64,000 nt of DNA from Bacillota bacterium (GTDB taxonomy: Bacteria > Bacillota > Sulfobacillia > JBFMBV01). Shown one piece after another: positions 1-9,900 of this stretch (position 1 is its first letter; each line of letters opens with the position of its first letter). The notes under the pieces were generated by a model. That model searched no databases. It was given only the letters and a program-made list of their open reading frames with translations, and was not told where the DNA came from. The position numbers and the translations under genes were made by a program. The stretch covers positions 8,013-72,012 of the forward strand of contig JBFMBV010000004.1 in the NCBI GenBank assembly GCA_040755005.1, read 5' to 3'.

Positions 1-712
1 GCGGCCCGACTACGAGGGCTGGCAGGTGCTTGAGGGGCCAGTCCATCGGCAACAGGCAGCTTTCGGGATCCAGAGCAAGTTCCTCCAGGGTGCTTGCCCC
101 AGCCAGGTGGAACGGGCCCGCCGCGGTCCGGATCAGGAAGCTCATGTGGGCCGGCAGGCCCAGATGCTCCCCGAAGGCCTCGCACAGCAGCCGCACGTAG
201 GTTCCCTTGCTGCAGGTTATGTCGAGCAGGACCCTCTGGCAGGACCCGGCGGGCATCGAGCGGAGCAGCCGGCACCCGGAGACGACCGCCCGCCTGGGCG
301 GACGCTGCACGCTCAAGCCCCGTCTGGCCAACTGGTGCAGGCGTACCCCGCCGACGCTCACGGCGGAGGTCATGGGAGGCACTTGGAGGTGTTCCCCGAC
401 CAACGCGGCTGCTGCGGAGGCAAGGGCTGACTCACCGACGGCCGCCGGCCTCCTGCCGGTGACAGTGCCGAAGCCATCTGCGGTATCCGTGCTGATGCCG
501 AGGGTCACTTCCGCCCGGTAGGCCTTCTCTCTGTCCAACAGGAACTCAGTCAACCGCGTCGCCCTGCCGACAGCGACGGGCAGCACCCCGGCGGCGCCGG
601 GGTCCAGGGTGCCCCCATGGCCGGCCTTGGCGGCGGCTAAGCGGCGGACCCTGTACACGACGTCGTGGGAGGTCATGCCCGGGGGTTTCAACACGTTGAG
701 GAAACCGTCCAA
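1..712 (-). CDS. truB: tRNA pseudouridine(55) synthase TruB, N-terminal part; the gene continues beyond the left edge of the window
   Basis: Reverse-strand translation from TTG at 710-712 reads LDGFLNVLKPPGMTSHDVVYRVRRLAAAKAGHGGTLDPGAAGVLPVAVGRATRL..., the conserved TruB N-terminus (DKP.G.TSHDVV / GHGGTLDP motifs). Start lies 2 nt after the nrnA stop. It is absent from the ORF track only because it has no stop codon inside the window. Confidence 0.8.
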   Translation of the reverse strand, partial: MDGFLNVLKPPGMTSHDVVYRVRRLAAAKAGHGGTLDPGAAGVLPVAVGRATRLTEFLLDREKAYRAEVTLGISTDTADGFGTVTGRRPAAVGESALASAAAALVGEHLQVPPMTSAVSVGGVRLHQLARRGLSVQRPPRRAVVSGCRLLRSMPAGSCQRVLLDITCSKGTYVRLLCEAFGEHLGLPAHMSFLIRTAAGPFHLAGASTLEELALDPESCLLPMDWPLKHLPALVVGP

Positions 713-713
713 C

Positions 714-1682
714 TTACCGCTCCTCCTCGCTGGCGGCCGCCGACGCCAGCGCAAGCACAGCGGGAATGGCCTGCGCCAAGGGACCAGGCACGGTGCAGCC
801 GGCAGCGCGAGGATGGCCTCCGCCTCCCAGCTCCGATGCCACCGCGGAGACGTCGATATCGGGGCGGGAACGCAGGCCCACCCGCACAGAGCCGTCCTTC
901 CCCTCCATGAAGAGGAGGCCCACACGGATCCCAGCCACCCCGCAGGCGTAGTTCACGATCCCTTCCGAGTCGGCCTCATCGGCGTCGCAGGCCGCGAAGT
1001 CTGATGCCGTCAGCGTCATGTATGCGACGCCGCCTCCGGCGGAGCGCTTGAAGCTGGCCAGTGCCCTGGCCAGCAGGCGAAGCGCGGCCTCGCGCTTGGC
1101 CTCATAGAGCATCTCCGCGAGCCCATGGGGTGAGGCGCCTGCTCGCACCAGGGACGCAGCGGACTTCAGGCTGGCGGAGGTGGTGTTTTCGTGCCTGAAG
1201 GAGCCGGTGTCCGTCATGATTGCCGCATACAGGCAGGTGGCCACAGGGGGCGTCACCGGCCAGCGCGCCCTCTTTGCCAGCCTGACGATGAGCTCGCCCA
1301 CGGCCGCAGCCCGGGGGTCTACCCAGTTTACCTCAGCGTAGCGGGTGTTGGTGGGGTGATGGTCGATGTTGAGCTTCACCGGGATGCCCCATGCCACGGG
1401 CAGGGCCGTACGCTCCAGGTCGGCGCAGTCCAGGGCGACGAGGGTCTCGCCTTCGGGCTCGCAGGCCCGGGTAAGCCCTATTTCAGCGGCTCCGGGCAAC
1501 CCCCGGTACTGAGGGGGAATGGGGTCAGGACAGGCCCACCGCACGTCCCGTCCCAGGGCGCGGAGCAGGTGGCCCAACCCGAGGGCCGAGCCGATGGTGT
1601 CCCCGTCGGGGTTCCTGTGCATGAGCAGCAGCAAGCGAGGGCTGCCTAGCAGCCCTCGCCGGGCTTCCTCAACCGCCTTCAT
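714..1682 (-). CDS. nrnA: DHH-family phosphoesterase, bifunctional oligoribonuclease/pAp phosphatase NrnA
   Basis: 322-aa ORF with DHH and DHHA1 signature stretches (NIDHHPTN, GGGGHPRAAG). Located between rbfA and truB as in the clostridial infB-rbfA-nrnA-truB arrangement. Confidence 0.8.
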   Translation of the reverse strand: MKAVEEARRGLLGSPRLLLLMHRNPDGDTIGSALGLGHLLRALGRDVRWACPDPIPPQYRGLPGAAEIGLTRACEPEGETLVALDCADLERTALPVAWGIPVKLNIDHHPTNTRYAEVNWVDPRAAAVGELIVRLAKRARWPVTPPVATCLYAAIMTDTGSFRHENTTSASLKSAASLVRAGASPHGLAEMLYEAKREAALRLLARALASFKRSAGGGVAYMTLTASDFAACDADEADSEGIVNYACGVAGIRVGLLFMEGKDGSVRVGLRSRPDIDVSAVASELGGGGHPRAAGCTVPGPLAQAIPAVLALASAAASEEER

Positions 1683-2034
1683 CCTCTGCCTGCCCCTCTT
1701 GCCGGATGTCTACCAGGATGCGCTGGATGCGGGCCCCTCGTTCGATGGACGGGTCGTGGTGGAAGCTCACCTCCGGCGTGAACCGCAGGCGCAGCCGCGA
1801 CGCCAGTTCGCTCCGGACAAACCCGGTCGCGCTGGTCAGCCCTTGCATGGCCTGGGCCAGTGCCGCGCTGTCGCCCAGCACACTCACAAACACTCTAGCC
1901 TGGCGTCCGTCCGCGCTGATCTCGGCATCGGTGACGCTGACGAAACCCACCCTGGGATCTTTCAGGCGGTGCTTGATGATGTCGGCTACCTCTTCGATCA
2001 CGGCCGCCCTGAGCCGATCGGCTCTGTGCGTCAA
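1669..2034 (-). CDS. rbfA: ribosome-binding factor A
   Basis: 121-aa ORF. N-terminus MTHRADRLRAAVIEEVADII and the overall pattern are typical RbfA. It sits immediately downstream of infB and the DUF503 gene. Confidence 0.9.
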   Translation of the reverse strand: MTHRADRLRAAVIEEVADIIKHRLKDPRVGFVSVTDAEISADGRQARVFVSVLGDSAALAQAMQGLTSATGFVRSELASRLRLRFTPEVSFHHDPSIERGARIQRILVDIRQEGQAEDEGG

Positions 2035-2049
2035 CCAAGTCTCCTCCTG

Positions 2050-2331
2050 TCAGAGGATCTCCAGTCTGTAGTCGATGAGCTCCAAGGCATCCTCGTCACC
2101 GATGTAGTCGAGGGCGCGGGTCAGTACCTCCCGGACGTGGTACCCCTCCCCTGCCACGCAGGCCAGGCCGATCAGGCAGCGCTGATGCTCATCCAGGGCC
2201 CCGACCTCGGCCGCGGCCACGGCAAACTTGCGCCTGACTCGGTCCAGCAGGCCTTTGATGGCGCTGCGCTTGTCCTTCAGCGAACGCGCCCAGGGCACCT
2301 TGAGCTCGCAGTGGACCGTGCCTACGACCAC
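2050..2331 (-). CDS. DUF503 (YlxP-like) protein of the nusA-infB operon
   Basis: 93-aa ORF aligning end to end with Bacillus YlxP (ELKVPWARSLKDKRSAIKGL...IDYRLEIL). Position between infB and rbfA is conserved. Confidence 0.7.
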   Translation of the reverse strand: MVVGTVHCELKVPWARSLKDKRSAIKGLLDRVRRKFAVAAAEVGALDEHQRCLIGLACVAGEGYHVREVLTRALDYIGDEDALELIDYRLEIL

Positions 2332-5001
2332 CTAACGCGGGACCTCTTCCTTGCCGACGGCCTCGAACACATCGCCTTCGCGTACGTCGCTGTATCCCGA
2401 CACGCCCATACCGCACTCGTAGCCCGCGGTGACTTCCCGTACGTCATCCTTGAACCGCTTGAGCGAGTCGACGCGTCCTTCGTGGATGACGATGTTGTCA
2501 CGCAACACGCGTACCGGGCTGTTCTTGACCATCTTGCCGTCCGTGACATAGCAGCCGGCCACGAAACCGCCCTTGGGGAGCTTGAATGCGGCCCGGACCG
2601 TGGCATGACCCACGACCACGTCACGGATGATCGGTTTCAGCATCCCAGTGATGGCTGCCTTGATATCGTCCACGGCCTCGTAGATGATGCGGTAAGTCCG
2701 GATGTCAACATGGTTCTGGTCGGAGGCCCGTTTGGCCCCGGAGTCAGGCCGGACGTTGAAGCCGATGACGATGGCGCCGGAGGCGGCAGCCAACATCACA
2801 TCGCTCTCAGTGATGGCACCGACGCCTGCGTGGATGACGTTCACCCGCACCTCGGCGTGGCTGACTTTGGCGAGGGCCTGGGCCACCGCCTCCGCCGACC
2901 CCTGGACATCCGCCTTGACCACGAGGTTGAGGTCCTTGACCTGACCCTCGCTGATGCGCTTGTGGATGTCGTCGAGGCGTAGGCGGTTGGCCACGTCGGC
3001 ATCCCTGGCGTGGGCCACCTCCGTCTGCCGGGCGGCTAGATCCCGGGCTGTCTTGTCATCGGCAGTGACCTGCAGGGAGTCACCGGCTTCGGGCACCAGC
3101 TCTAGTCCCAGCACTTCCACGGGGGTGGACGGGCCAGCATCATCGAGCCGGCGGCCCCGGTCGTCAAACAGGGCCCTCACCCGCCCGCAGGTGCTGCCGG
3201 CGACGATGGTGTCACCGACGCGGAGGGTGCCGTTCAAGATCAGGACTGTGGCCACGGGACCCCTGCCTCTGTCCAGCTGTGCCTCGACGATAGTCCCCAC
3301 GGCGACCGCGTCAGGATCGGCCCTCAGGTCCTGGAGGTCAGCGACCAAGAGGAGCATCTCCAGGAGGTCCTGCAAGCCATCGCGGGTCTTGGCGGAGACC
3401 GGCACCATGACTGTGTCGCCACCCCACTCCTCTGGGAGCAGGCCCAGATCGGCGAGTTCACGCTTGACCCGGTCGGGCTCTGACCCGGGCTTGTCGATCT
3501 TGTTGATAGCCACGACCACGGGGACTTTGGCCGCCCGCGCGTGGTTCAAGGCCTCCACGGTCTGAGGCATCACGCCGTCATCAGCCGCCACGACCAGCAC
3601 GGCGATATCCGTGACTTTGGCTCCCCGGGCCCGCATGGCCGTGAATGCCTCATGGCCGGGAGTGTCCAGGAAGATGATATCCCTGCCACGCCACTCCACC
3701 CTGGAGGCGCCGATGTGCTGCGTAATGCCGCCGGCCTCCTGGTCCGTGACTTTGGTCTCCCTGATGGCGTCCAACAGCGAGGTCTTGCCGTGGTCTACGT
3801 GGCCCATGACCGTGATGACCGGAGGGCGGGAAGCCACGCCGGCTATCTGCGCCTTGGCTGCTTCGGCCCGCTCAGGGATGGCGACGGTGGGTACTGACCC
3901 CAAGTCCTGGGCCAGCAGGGCCGCCATGTCCACGTCCAGGCCCTGGTTAACGCTGGCCATGATGCCACGCGCCATGAGCCTCTTGATGACGTCGGTGCCC
4001 CTGACGTTCAACAGGTCGGCCAGTTCCTGCACCGTGAGGTTGCCGGTAATGGTGATCTCCTTGCGTACCTCTCCGACACGCTCTACGACACCGCCCCTTG
4101 CCTGCCGTCCCCTGCGGACGACGCGCTTGAGCTCGCGCTCAGGCGGCAACGTGTCCCTGGGTACGAGGCGTCCTACCCTGCCAGGCTTGGCGGGCGCCGG
4201 CCTCGCTCCCGGAGCGGGGGCTGTGGTGGCCGCGGGCCGGGCGCCGGGTCCGGCGCCAGCGGCTGGCCGATATCCCGGGGCAGGCCGCTGGGGACTCGGA
4301 CGCGCCCCGGGGGCCCCGGGCGGGGTGGGACCGGGCCGCGCCCCAGGGCGTGGCCCCGCTCCCGCCGGGCGGGCGGCGAACGGCCGTGCGGATGCGCTCG
4401 CTCCAGGTCGGGTTGCGGCCCGCGGTGGAGGCAGGGTGCCCGGCCTGGGCGGCGCAACGCGATCAGCTCTCGCCGGGGTGGGCTGGGTCACGACAGGTTC
4501 CGGCGGGGCCTCGACCACTACGGGTGGTTCGGGTGGCGGCTGGACTGGCCGCGCTTCCAGCTCAGGCTCGACCGCCGGCTTTTGGGTGGCTGGTGCCGCC
4601 GCCTGTGCCGGCCGGGGCGCGGCCTGCGCCGGGCGGCGCTGCACCTGTTGCAACGTAGGCCTCAGCGCCCGGGGTCTCTCTGCGGCCGGCCGCTCGTCGG
4701 CCTTCTGCTTGGCCGGGCGCTGTGTCCTGGTGACTTCCACCGCGCGGGTGGCGGCGGCCCGGGTGACAACGGTGGTCCCGGTAGTAGTACGGCCCTGCTC
4801 CGTGGCAGGACGTTGACGCTCTTTGGGCGGCGTGGCCGGGGGACGCTGTAAGGTCACCCTTACGCTTTCGGCTTGCTCGGGCTCCAAAGCGCTCATATGG
4901 TTCTTTGCCTCAACGCCCAGCCTGTGCAGGCCGTCAAGGATGGCTTTGCTCGTTGTGCCCAGCTCTTTGGCCAGTTCATGGACGCGGAGTTTTGTCATCA
5001 T
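2332..5001 (-). CDS. infB: translation initiation factor IF-2
   Basis: 889-aa ORF with the IF-2 N-terminus [30 protein letters not shown], a long Pro/Ala-rich low-complexity linker, a G-domain ([30 protein letters not shown]) and a C-terminal beta-barrel. Confidence 0.95.
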   Translation of the reverse strand: MMTKLRVHELAKELGTTSKAILDGLHRLGVEAKNHMSALEPEQAESVRVTLQRPPATPPKERQRPATEQGRTTTGTTVVTRAAATRAVEVTRTQRPAKQKADERPAAERPRALRPTLQQVQRRPAQAAPRPAQAAAPATQKPAVEPELEARPVQPPPEPPVVVEAPPEPVVTQPTPARADRVAPPRPGTLPPPRAATRPGASASARPFAARPAGAGPRPGARPGPTPPGAPGARPSPQRPAPGYRPAAGAGPGARPAATTAPAPGARPAPAKPGRVGRLVPRDTLPPERELKRVVRRGRQARGGVVERVGEVRKEITITGNLTVQELADLLNVRGTDVIKRLMARGIMASVNQGLDVDMAALLAQDLGSVPTVAIPERAEAAKAQIAGVASRPPVITVMGHVDHGKTSLLDAIRETKVTDQEAGGITQHIGASRVEWRGRDIIFLDTPGHEAFTAMRARGAKVTDIAVLVVAADDGVMPQTVEALNHARAAKVPVVVAINKIDKPGSEPDRVKRELADLGLLPEEWGGDTVMVPVSAKTRDGLQDLLEMLLLVADLQDLRADPDAVAVGTIVEAQLDRGRGPVATVLILNGTLRVGDTIVAGSTCGRVRALFDDRGRRLDDAGPSTPVEVLGLELVPEAGDSLQVTADDKTARDLAARQTEVAHARDADVANRLRLDDIHKRISEGQVKDLNLVVKADVQGSAEAVAQALAKVSHAEVRVNVIHAGVGAITESDVMLAAASGAIVIGFNVRPDSGAKRASDQNHVDIRTYRIIYEAVDDIKAAITGMLKPIIRDVVVGHATVRAAFKLPKGGFVAGCYVTDGKMVKNSPVRVLRDNIVIHEGRVDSLKRFKDDVREVTAGYECGMGVSGYSDVREGDVFEAVGKEEVPR

Positions 5002-5285
5002 CTCACCCCCGGTGCGCTCTGGGTTTCACCCAACTGCTGCATCAGCCTGTCCAGGAGCCCGCCCTCGACCTCAGTCTCGAGAGCACGCTCCAGACGCTTG
5101 CCCCGCACTGCCGCCTCAAGGCAACTAACAGCTGGGCAGATGTACACACCGCGGCCGGACAGCTTCCCCTTGGCATCCAGATCCACCGCTCCGTCCGGGC
5201 GCCTAACGATCCGCTGCAGCTCCCGCTTGGGCCGGACCGTCCCACAGCCGACGCAGGTGCGAAGGGGTTGCCTGCGCGTCTTCAC
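4998..5285 (-). CDS. ylxR: YlxR/RnpM-family (DUF448) RNA-binding protein
   Basis: Conserved ...RTCVGCG...GRGVYIC... core. The ORF track extends it to 5336, which would overlap nusA by 55 nt. A GTG at 5283-5285 forms a GTGA overlap with the nusA stop and is preceded by a G-rich SD (GGGGATGGGGGAA), giving a 95-aa product of typical YlxR size. The stop overlaps the infB start (ATGA). Confidence 0.75.
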   Translation of the reverse strand: MKTRRQPLRTCVGCGTVRPKRELQRIVRRPDGAVDLDAKGKLSGRGVYICPAVSCLEAAVRGKRLERALETEVEGGLLDRLMQQLGETQSAPGVR

Positions 5286-6331
5286 GCTTCCATTCCCCCA
5301 TCCCCTTCGCTCTCGGGCCGGATGTCGATCTTCCACCCGGTCAGCTTGGCGGCCAGCCTGACGTTCTGTCCATCCTTGCCGATGGCCAAGGACAGCTGGT
5401 GAGCGGGCACAGTCACTCTGGCGATGCGACCTTCCTCATCTGCGGACACCGCAGTCACTTTGGCCGGACTCAAAGCGTTGGCCACAAACCGTTCCGGGTC
5501 CTGATCCCAGCGCACCACGTCGATCTTCTCGCCGTGCAGGCTGTTCACTATCTCCTGGATGCGTGTGCCTCTCGGGCCTACGCAGGCCCCGACGGGGTCG
5601 ATGTTGGGCTCGGCCGTGGTCACGGCGATCTTGGAGCGCGAGCCTGCCTCCCTTGCGACCGCCCTCACTTCTACGACGAGGTTGGCGATCTCCGGGATTT
5701 CCCGCTCTAAGAGGCGTTTGAGCAGTCCGGGGTGGGTACGGGACAGGATGACCTGAGGCCCCTTGGGGCTCCGCTTGACCTCAAGCACATAGGCCTCAAT
5801 CAACTCGTTGAGCCTGTACCGCTCGCCGGGAATCTGTTCCTGGGGTCCAAGGACCCCCTCCGTCTTGTCCAGTTCCACCAAGACGGTCTTGCCTTCGATG
5901 CGGTGGGACTTCCCCTTCACGATCTCGCCCTCGACCTCGGCGTATTGCTGAAAGATCGCTCCCCGCTCAGCTTCGCGGATCCGTTGCATCACCACTTGCT
6001 TGGCGGTCTGGGCCGCGATGCGCCCGAAGTCCCTGGGGGTGACCTCGTATTCGAGGATGTCTCCTGTCTGGTAGGTGGGGTTGAGCGACCGGGCCTCCTC
6101 TAGGGAGGCCTCGATCCTTGGGTCGGCCACTGCTTCTACCACCGTACGCCTCGCAAACACCTTTGGCTCGCCTGTGTCCCTGTCGACGTGCACCCGCACG
6201 CTCTGGGTGGCGCCGAAGTTGCGGCGGTATGCCGAAATCAGGGCAGACTCCAAGGCCTGGATGATGACCTCCTTGGGTATCTGCCGCTCCTTCTCGACTT
6301 CCTGCAGGGCGACGAGGAACTCCCTGTTCAT
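5282..6331 (-). CDS. nusA: transcription termination/antitermination factor NusA
   Basis: 349-aa ORF with the NusA N-terminus MNREFLVALQEVEKERQIPKEVI, an S1 domain and two KH domains. Flanked by rimP and ylxR. Confidence 0.95.
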   Translation of the reverse strand: MNREFLVALQEVEKERQIPKEVIIQALESALISAYRRNFGATQSVRVHVDRDTGEPKVFARRTVVEAVADPRIEASLEEARSLNPTYQTGDILEYEVTPRDFGRIAAQTAKQVVMQRIREAERGAIFQQYAEVEGEIVKGKSHRIEGKTVLVELDKTEGVLGPQEQIPGERYRLNELIEAYVLEVKRSPKGPQVILSRTHPGLLKRLLEREIPEIANLVVEVRAVAREAGSRSKIAVTTAEPNIDPVGACVGPRGTRIQEIVNSLHGEKIDVVRWDQDPERFVANALSPAKVTAVSADEEGRIARVTVPAHQLSLAIGKDGQNVRLAAKLTGWKIDIRPESEGDGGMEA

Positions 6332-6825
6332 GCTCGGCCTCCTCGGTCACCAGCCAGGTTCACCCTGGCCACGGCTTCGACGGGCACATCCACCCTGACC
6401 CCCTCAACTTCCACGCTGACCTTGTCAGCCCCGAAACCAGCCAGCATGCCCCGGATCCGCTTCGTGCCGTCCAGGGCCTTGTACAGGCGCACTTCAACGA
6501 CCTGGCCGGTGAAGCGCTCAAAGTCGGCCGGGGTGCGCAAGGGGCGGTTGGTCCCAGGTGAAGCCACCTCAAGACGGTAGGGGTGGGGGATGGGGTCGGC
6601 CGCATCCAAGGCGTCACCCACGGCCTGGCTGACTTGCTCGCAGTCGTTGAGGGTCACGCCACCCGGCTTGTCGATGAACAGCCGGAGGAACCAGGTACCC
6701 TGTTCCTTGACGAACTCCACCCACACGAGCTCAAGGCCGAGGCCCTGACAGACAGGGGCGGCCAGTTCAGTCACCAGCGTCTCGCTGCGTTGCGTCTGGG
6801 TACACCTCCCAGGAACGTGCCACAT
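6328..6825 (-). CDS. rimP: ribosome maturation factor RimP (start codon uncertain)
   Basis: TELAAPVCQGLGLELVWVEFVKEQGTWFLRLFIDKPGG aligns with B. subtilis RimP ([30 protein letters not shown]). The ATG at 6823-6825 directly abuts a terminator-like hairpin and has no SD. An internal perfect SD GGGAGGUG lies 11 nt downstream, so the true start may be internal. Confidence 0.85.
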   Translation of the reverse strand: MWHVPGRCTQTQRSETLVTELAAPVCQGLGLELVWVEFVKEQGTWFLRLFIDKPGGVTLNDCEQVSQAVGDALDAADPIPHPYRLEVASPGTNRPLRTPADFERFTGQVVEVRLYKALDGTKRIRGMLAGFGADKVSVEVEGVRVDVPVEAVARVNLAGDRGGRA

Positions 6826-6832
6826 AGCTAAA

Positions 6833-6853
6833 AGAGTGGGAAAGGCCCACTCT
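6833..6853 (-). terminator. terminator/attenuator-like hairpin between polC and rimP, in the rimP-nusA leader
   Basis: On the minus strand: AGAGUGGG-CCUUU-CCCACUCU (8-bp stem) followed by UUUAGCUAU, then the rimP AUG. U-tract is weak. Confidence 0.45.
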
Positions 6854-6902
6854 CCGGTAGGGCTGGAAAAGTTAAGCGCGGGGCAGGCCCGCTCCAGCGC
6901 CT

Positions 6903-6932
6903 AGTATAGCACAAAAGGCCATGGCGTCGCAA
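6903..6932 (-). promoter_or_regulatory. candidate sigma-A promoter of the rimP-nusA-infB operon
   Basis: Minus strand: TTGCGA (6927-6932), 18-nt spacer, extended -10 TGcTATACT (-10 at 6903-6908). Lies downstream of the polC stop and about 50 nt upstream of the leader hairpin. Confidence 0.4.
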
Positions 6933-6941
6933 GCGCCAGGG

Positions 6942-9900
6942 TCAGAACAGGACCATCTGCTCGGTCTCTGGGAGGCCCTGCAGGCATCCCTCCGCGCGCA
7001 GCAGATCCACTACTGCGCGGTTCAGGCGGGCCCTATGGACGAGTTCTTCCACGCTGGCGAAGCCCCCCTGGTCCCTGGCCGAGGTGATGGCCTCAGCGGC
7101 GGCCGCGCCGAGCCCCGGGATGGCGACAAAGGGCGCCCGGATGCCCGAGGCTTCGGTCGTGAACTGCTGCGCCGCGCTGCGCTGAAGGTCCACCGGTAAG
7201 AAGCTGATGCCCCTGAGCCGCATCTCCGCAGCGAGCTCCAGCAGGGCCGCGAGGTTGCGCTCCCGTCCGGTGGCGGACGCGCCCTTGCGCTCTATTTCTG
7301 CGTGCATGTGCATTAATTCCTGCTCAGACGCCCGCATCAGCTCAGACGAAAACTCGGCGCCCCGTACCGTGAAGTGGGCGGCGTAAAACGCCGCGGGGTG
7401 ATGCACCTTGTACCAGGCGACCCGGAAGGACATCATCACGTATGCGGCGGCGTGGGCCTTGGGGAAGAGGTACTCGATGCGCCGGCAGGCTGCCCTGTAC
7501 CAATCGGGCACGCCGCAGGCGGCCATGGCGGCTTCGTCAGCCTGTCCCAGTTTCTTGCCTTTGCGGATTGTCTCCATGATCTGAAAGGCCTGCCTGGGGT
7601 CCAGGCCACGTCGGCGCAGGTGCAGCATGATGTCGTCACGGCAGCAGATCACTTCCGACAGGGTACGGCCGGCCCGGATCAGGGTCTGGGCGTTGTCCAG
7701 CCAGACGCCTGTCCCGTGGGATAGCCCGGCAATGCGGACAAGGTCGCTGAAGCTCGCAGGCAGTGTCTCCTCGAGCATCTGCCGGACAAAGCGCGTGCCG
7801 AACTCAGGAATCCCCACGGTGCCGAGCTTGCCCCCAGGCAACGGGGTCTTCGCACTCCCAGCAACGCTGAAGATGGCCATGGTGTCAGGGTCATCCATGG
7901 GCAGAGTGCGAGGATCCACGCCGGTGTAGTCCTGGAGCAGGCGCAGCATGGTGGGGTCGTCATGGCCAAGCAGGTCCAACTTGACCAGCTGGTCGCTGAG
8001 GCTGTCGTAGTCGAAGTGGGTGGTAACCAGGCCGGAACGCGTGTCGTTGGCGGGGTACTGGACGGGAGTGAACTCCTCGATGCGGCGGTCCTCGGGCAGG
8101 ATCACCAGGCCCCCCGGGTGCCTGCCTGTAGTCCGTTTCACCCCGCAGATGCCGAGGGCGAGCCTGGTCTCCTCGGCTCTGCGCACGGTCTTGCCCGTCC
8201 GCTCCAGATAGCCTTTGACGAACCCGAAGGCGGTTTTCTCCGCCACGGTCGCCACAGTGCCCGCCCTGAACACCCGCTCCGCGCCCAAGGACTCCTCCAG
8301 TCGCCGGTGGACCTCGGCCTGGCACGTACCGGAGAAGTTCAGGTCGATGTCGGGGACCTTCTTCCCATCCAGGCCCATGAACACCTCAAAGGGGATATCG
8401 TGGCCGTCCCTGCTCAAGGGTTTCCCACAGCCGGGGCAGTCCCGGGCCGGAAGGTCGAAGCCGGAGCCGCCCCAGCCAACGGCGAACTCCACGTGCCGGC
8501 ACGCGCCGCAGCGGTAGTGCGGCGTGAGGGGGTTGACCTCAGTGATGCCACACAGATAAGCCACCAGTGATGAGCCGACGGAACCCCGCGAACCCACCAG
8601 GTACCCCAGGGCTTCGGAACAGGTCACCGCCTGGGCCGCCAGGATGAAGATGGCCGCAAACCCGTTGGCGGTGATGCTGTCCAGTTCAGGGGCGAGCCTG
8701 GCCGCGACCTGCGGCGGCAGCGGGTCCCCATACAAGCCCGTGGCCCGTTCCGTGGCAAGGGACCTAAGCTTGAGTTCACTCCCCTCCAGTTGCGGCGGGT
8801 ACACCCCTTCGGGTACAGGCACCACGTGGTCGCACATGTCCGCGAGGCGCCGCGGTGCGATCACGGTGATCAGCCGGGCGGTATCCTCCCCGAGAAAAGC
8901 GAACTCCGCCAGCATCTCCCCGGTCGTGCGCAGGTACAGGCCCTTGCCCGCCTCACCGCCGGCTTCGGTATAGCCTTGGCCCGATTGGAGCACTTCCCTG
9001 TACACGGCATCATGCGGGTCGAGAAAGTGCACGTCCCCAGTGGCGACCACCGGCAAGCCCCGACGCTGGGCGATTCTGACCAGCCGGCGCAGGACTTCCA
9101 GCAGCCTGTCGGCGGTGACCGCCCCCGACTCCACCAGGGACCAGGCGTTGGCAGGCGGCTGTACCTCCACATAATCGTAGAAGTCGAGGCGTTCCCAAAT
9201 TTCGTCGTCAGAGGCGTTCTCCAGCAGGGCCTGGAGGATCTCCCCGCTTTGGCAGGCCGTACCCACTAACAGGCCTTCGCGGTGCTCGCTGACCATGGAC
9301 CTCGGGATCCGCGGCACCCTGCGGAAATGCTCCAGGTGAGAGGAGGAGACCAGCCGGTAGAGGTTGCGGAGGCCCGTCTGGTTGCGGGCCAGGAAGGTTA
9401 CATGGTGCCACCCTTGGGACTTCAGGCCGCTCTGAAGGGCATGCTCGTTGAGGGCCGCCAGGTCAGCCAACCCCAGGCGGCTGGCGGCTGCCAGCAGCCC
9501 GAGGAGGACTTCGGCGGTTGCGCGGCTGTCGTGGAGGGCCCGATGAGCGTGGGCGCGGGCGACGTCCAGGGCGGCAGCCACCGTCCCGAGCTTGTAGTCG
9601 TTGAGCCCCGGCACCAACAGCCTGGACAGGACCAGGGTGTCGACCACCGGCGCTCTGGCCCAGGGCCCCTGCGCCTCGGCGGCCAGGAGAAACGCCAGAT
9701 CGAACCCGGCGTTGTGGGCGGCGAGGCAGGCCCCTTCGCAGAACCGGGCCAGCCCCTGGATGGCTTCTTCCCTGGGGACGCCCTCCCGGGCGAGTTCCTC
9801 GGGGGTGATCCCCGTGAGTGCAACGATGCCGGCAGGGAGTTCACGGTCCGGACGCACCAAGGCGTGGAACTGGGCAGCGATCCGGCCGGCCTGCACGCGG

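Noticed and set aside
4100-4750. Repetitive Pro/Ala/Gly-rich DNA inside infB as a possible repeat element or CRISPR-like array
   Set aside because: It is the in-frame low-complexity N-terminal linker of IF-2 (PAPGARP-type repeats), not a spacer-repeat array. The whole window has no CRISPR-like regular direct repeats.
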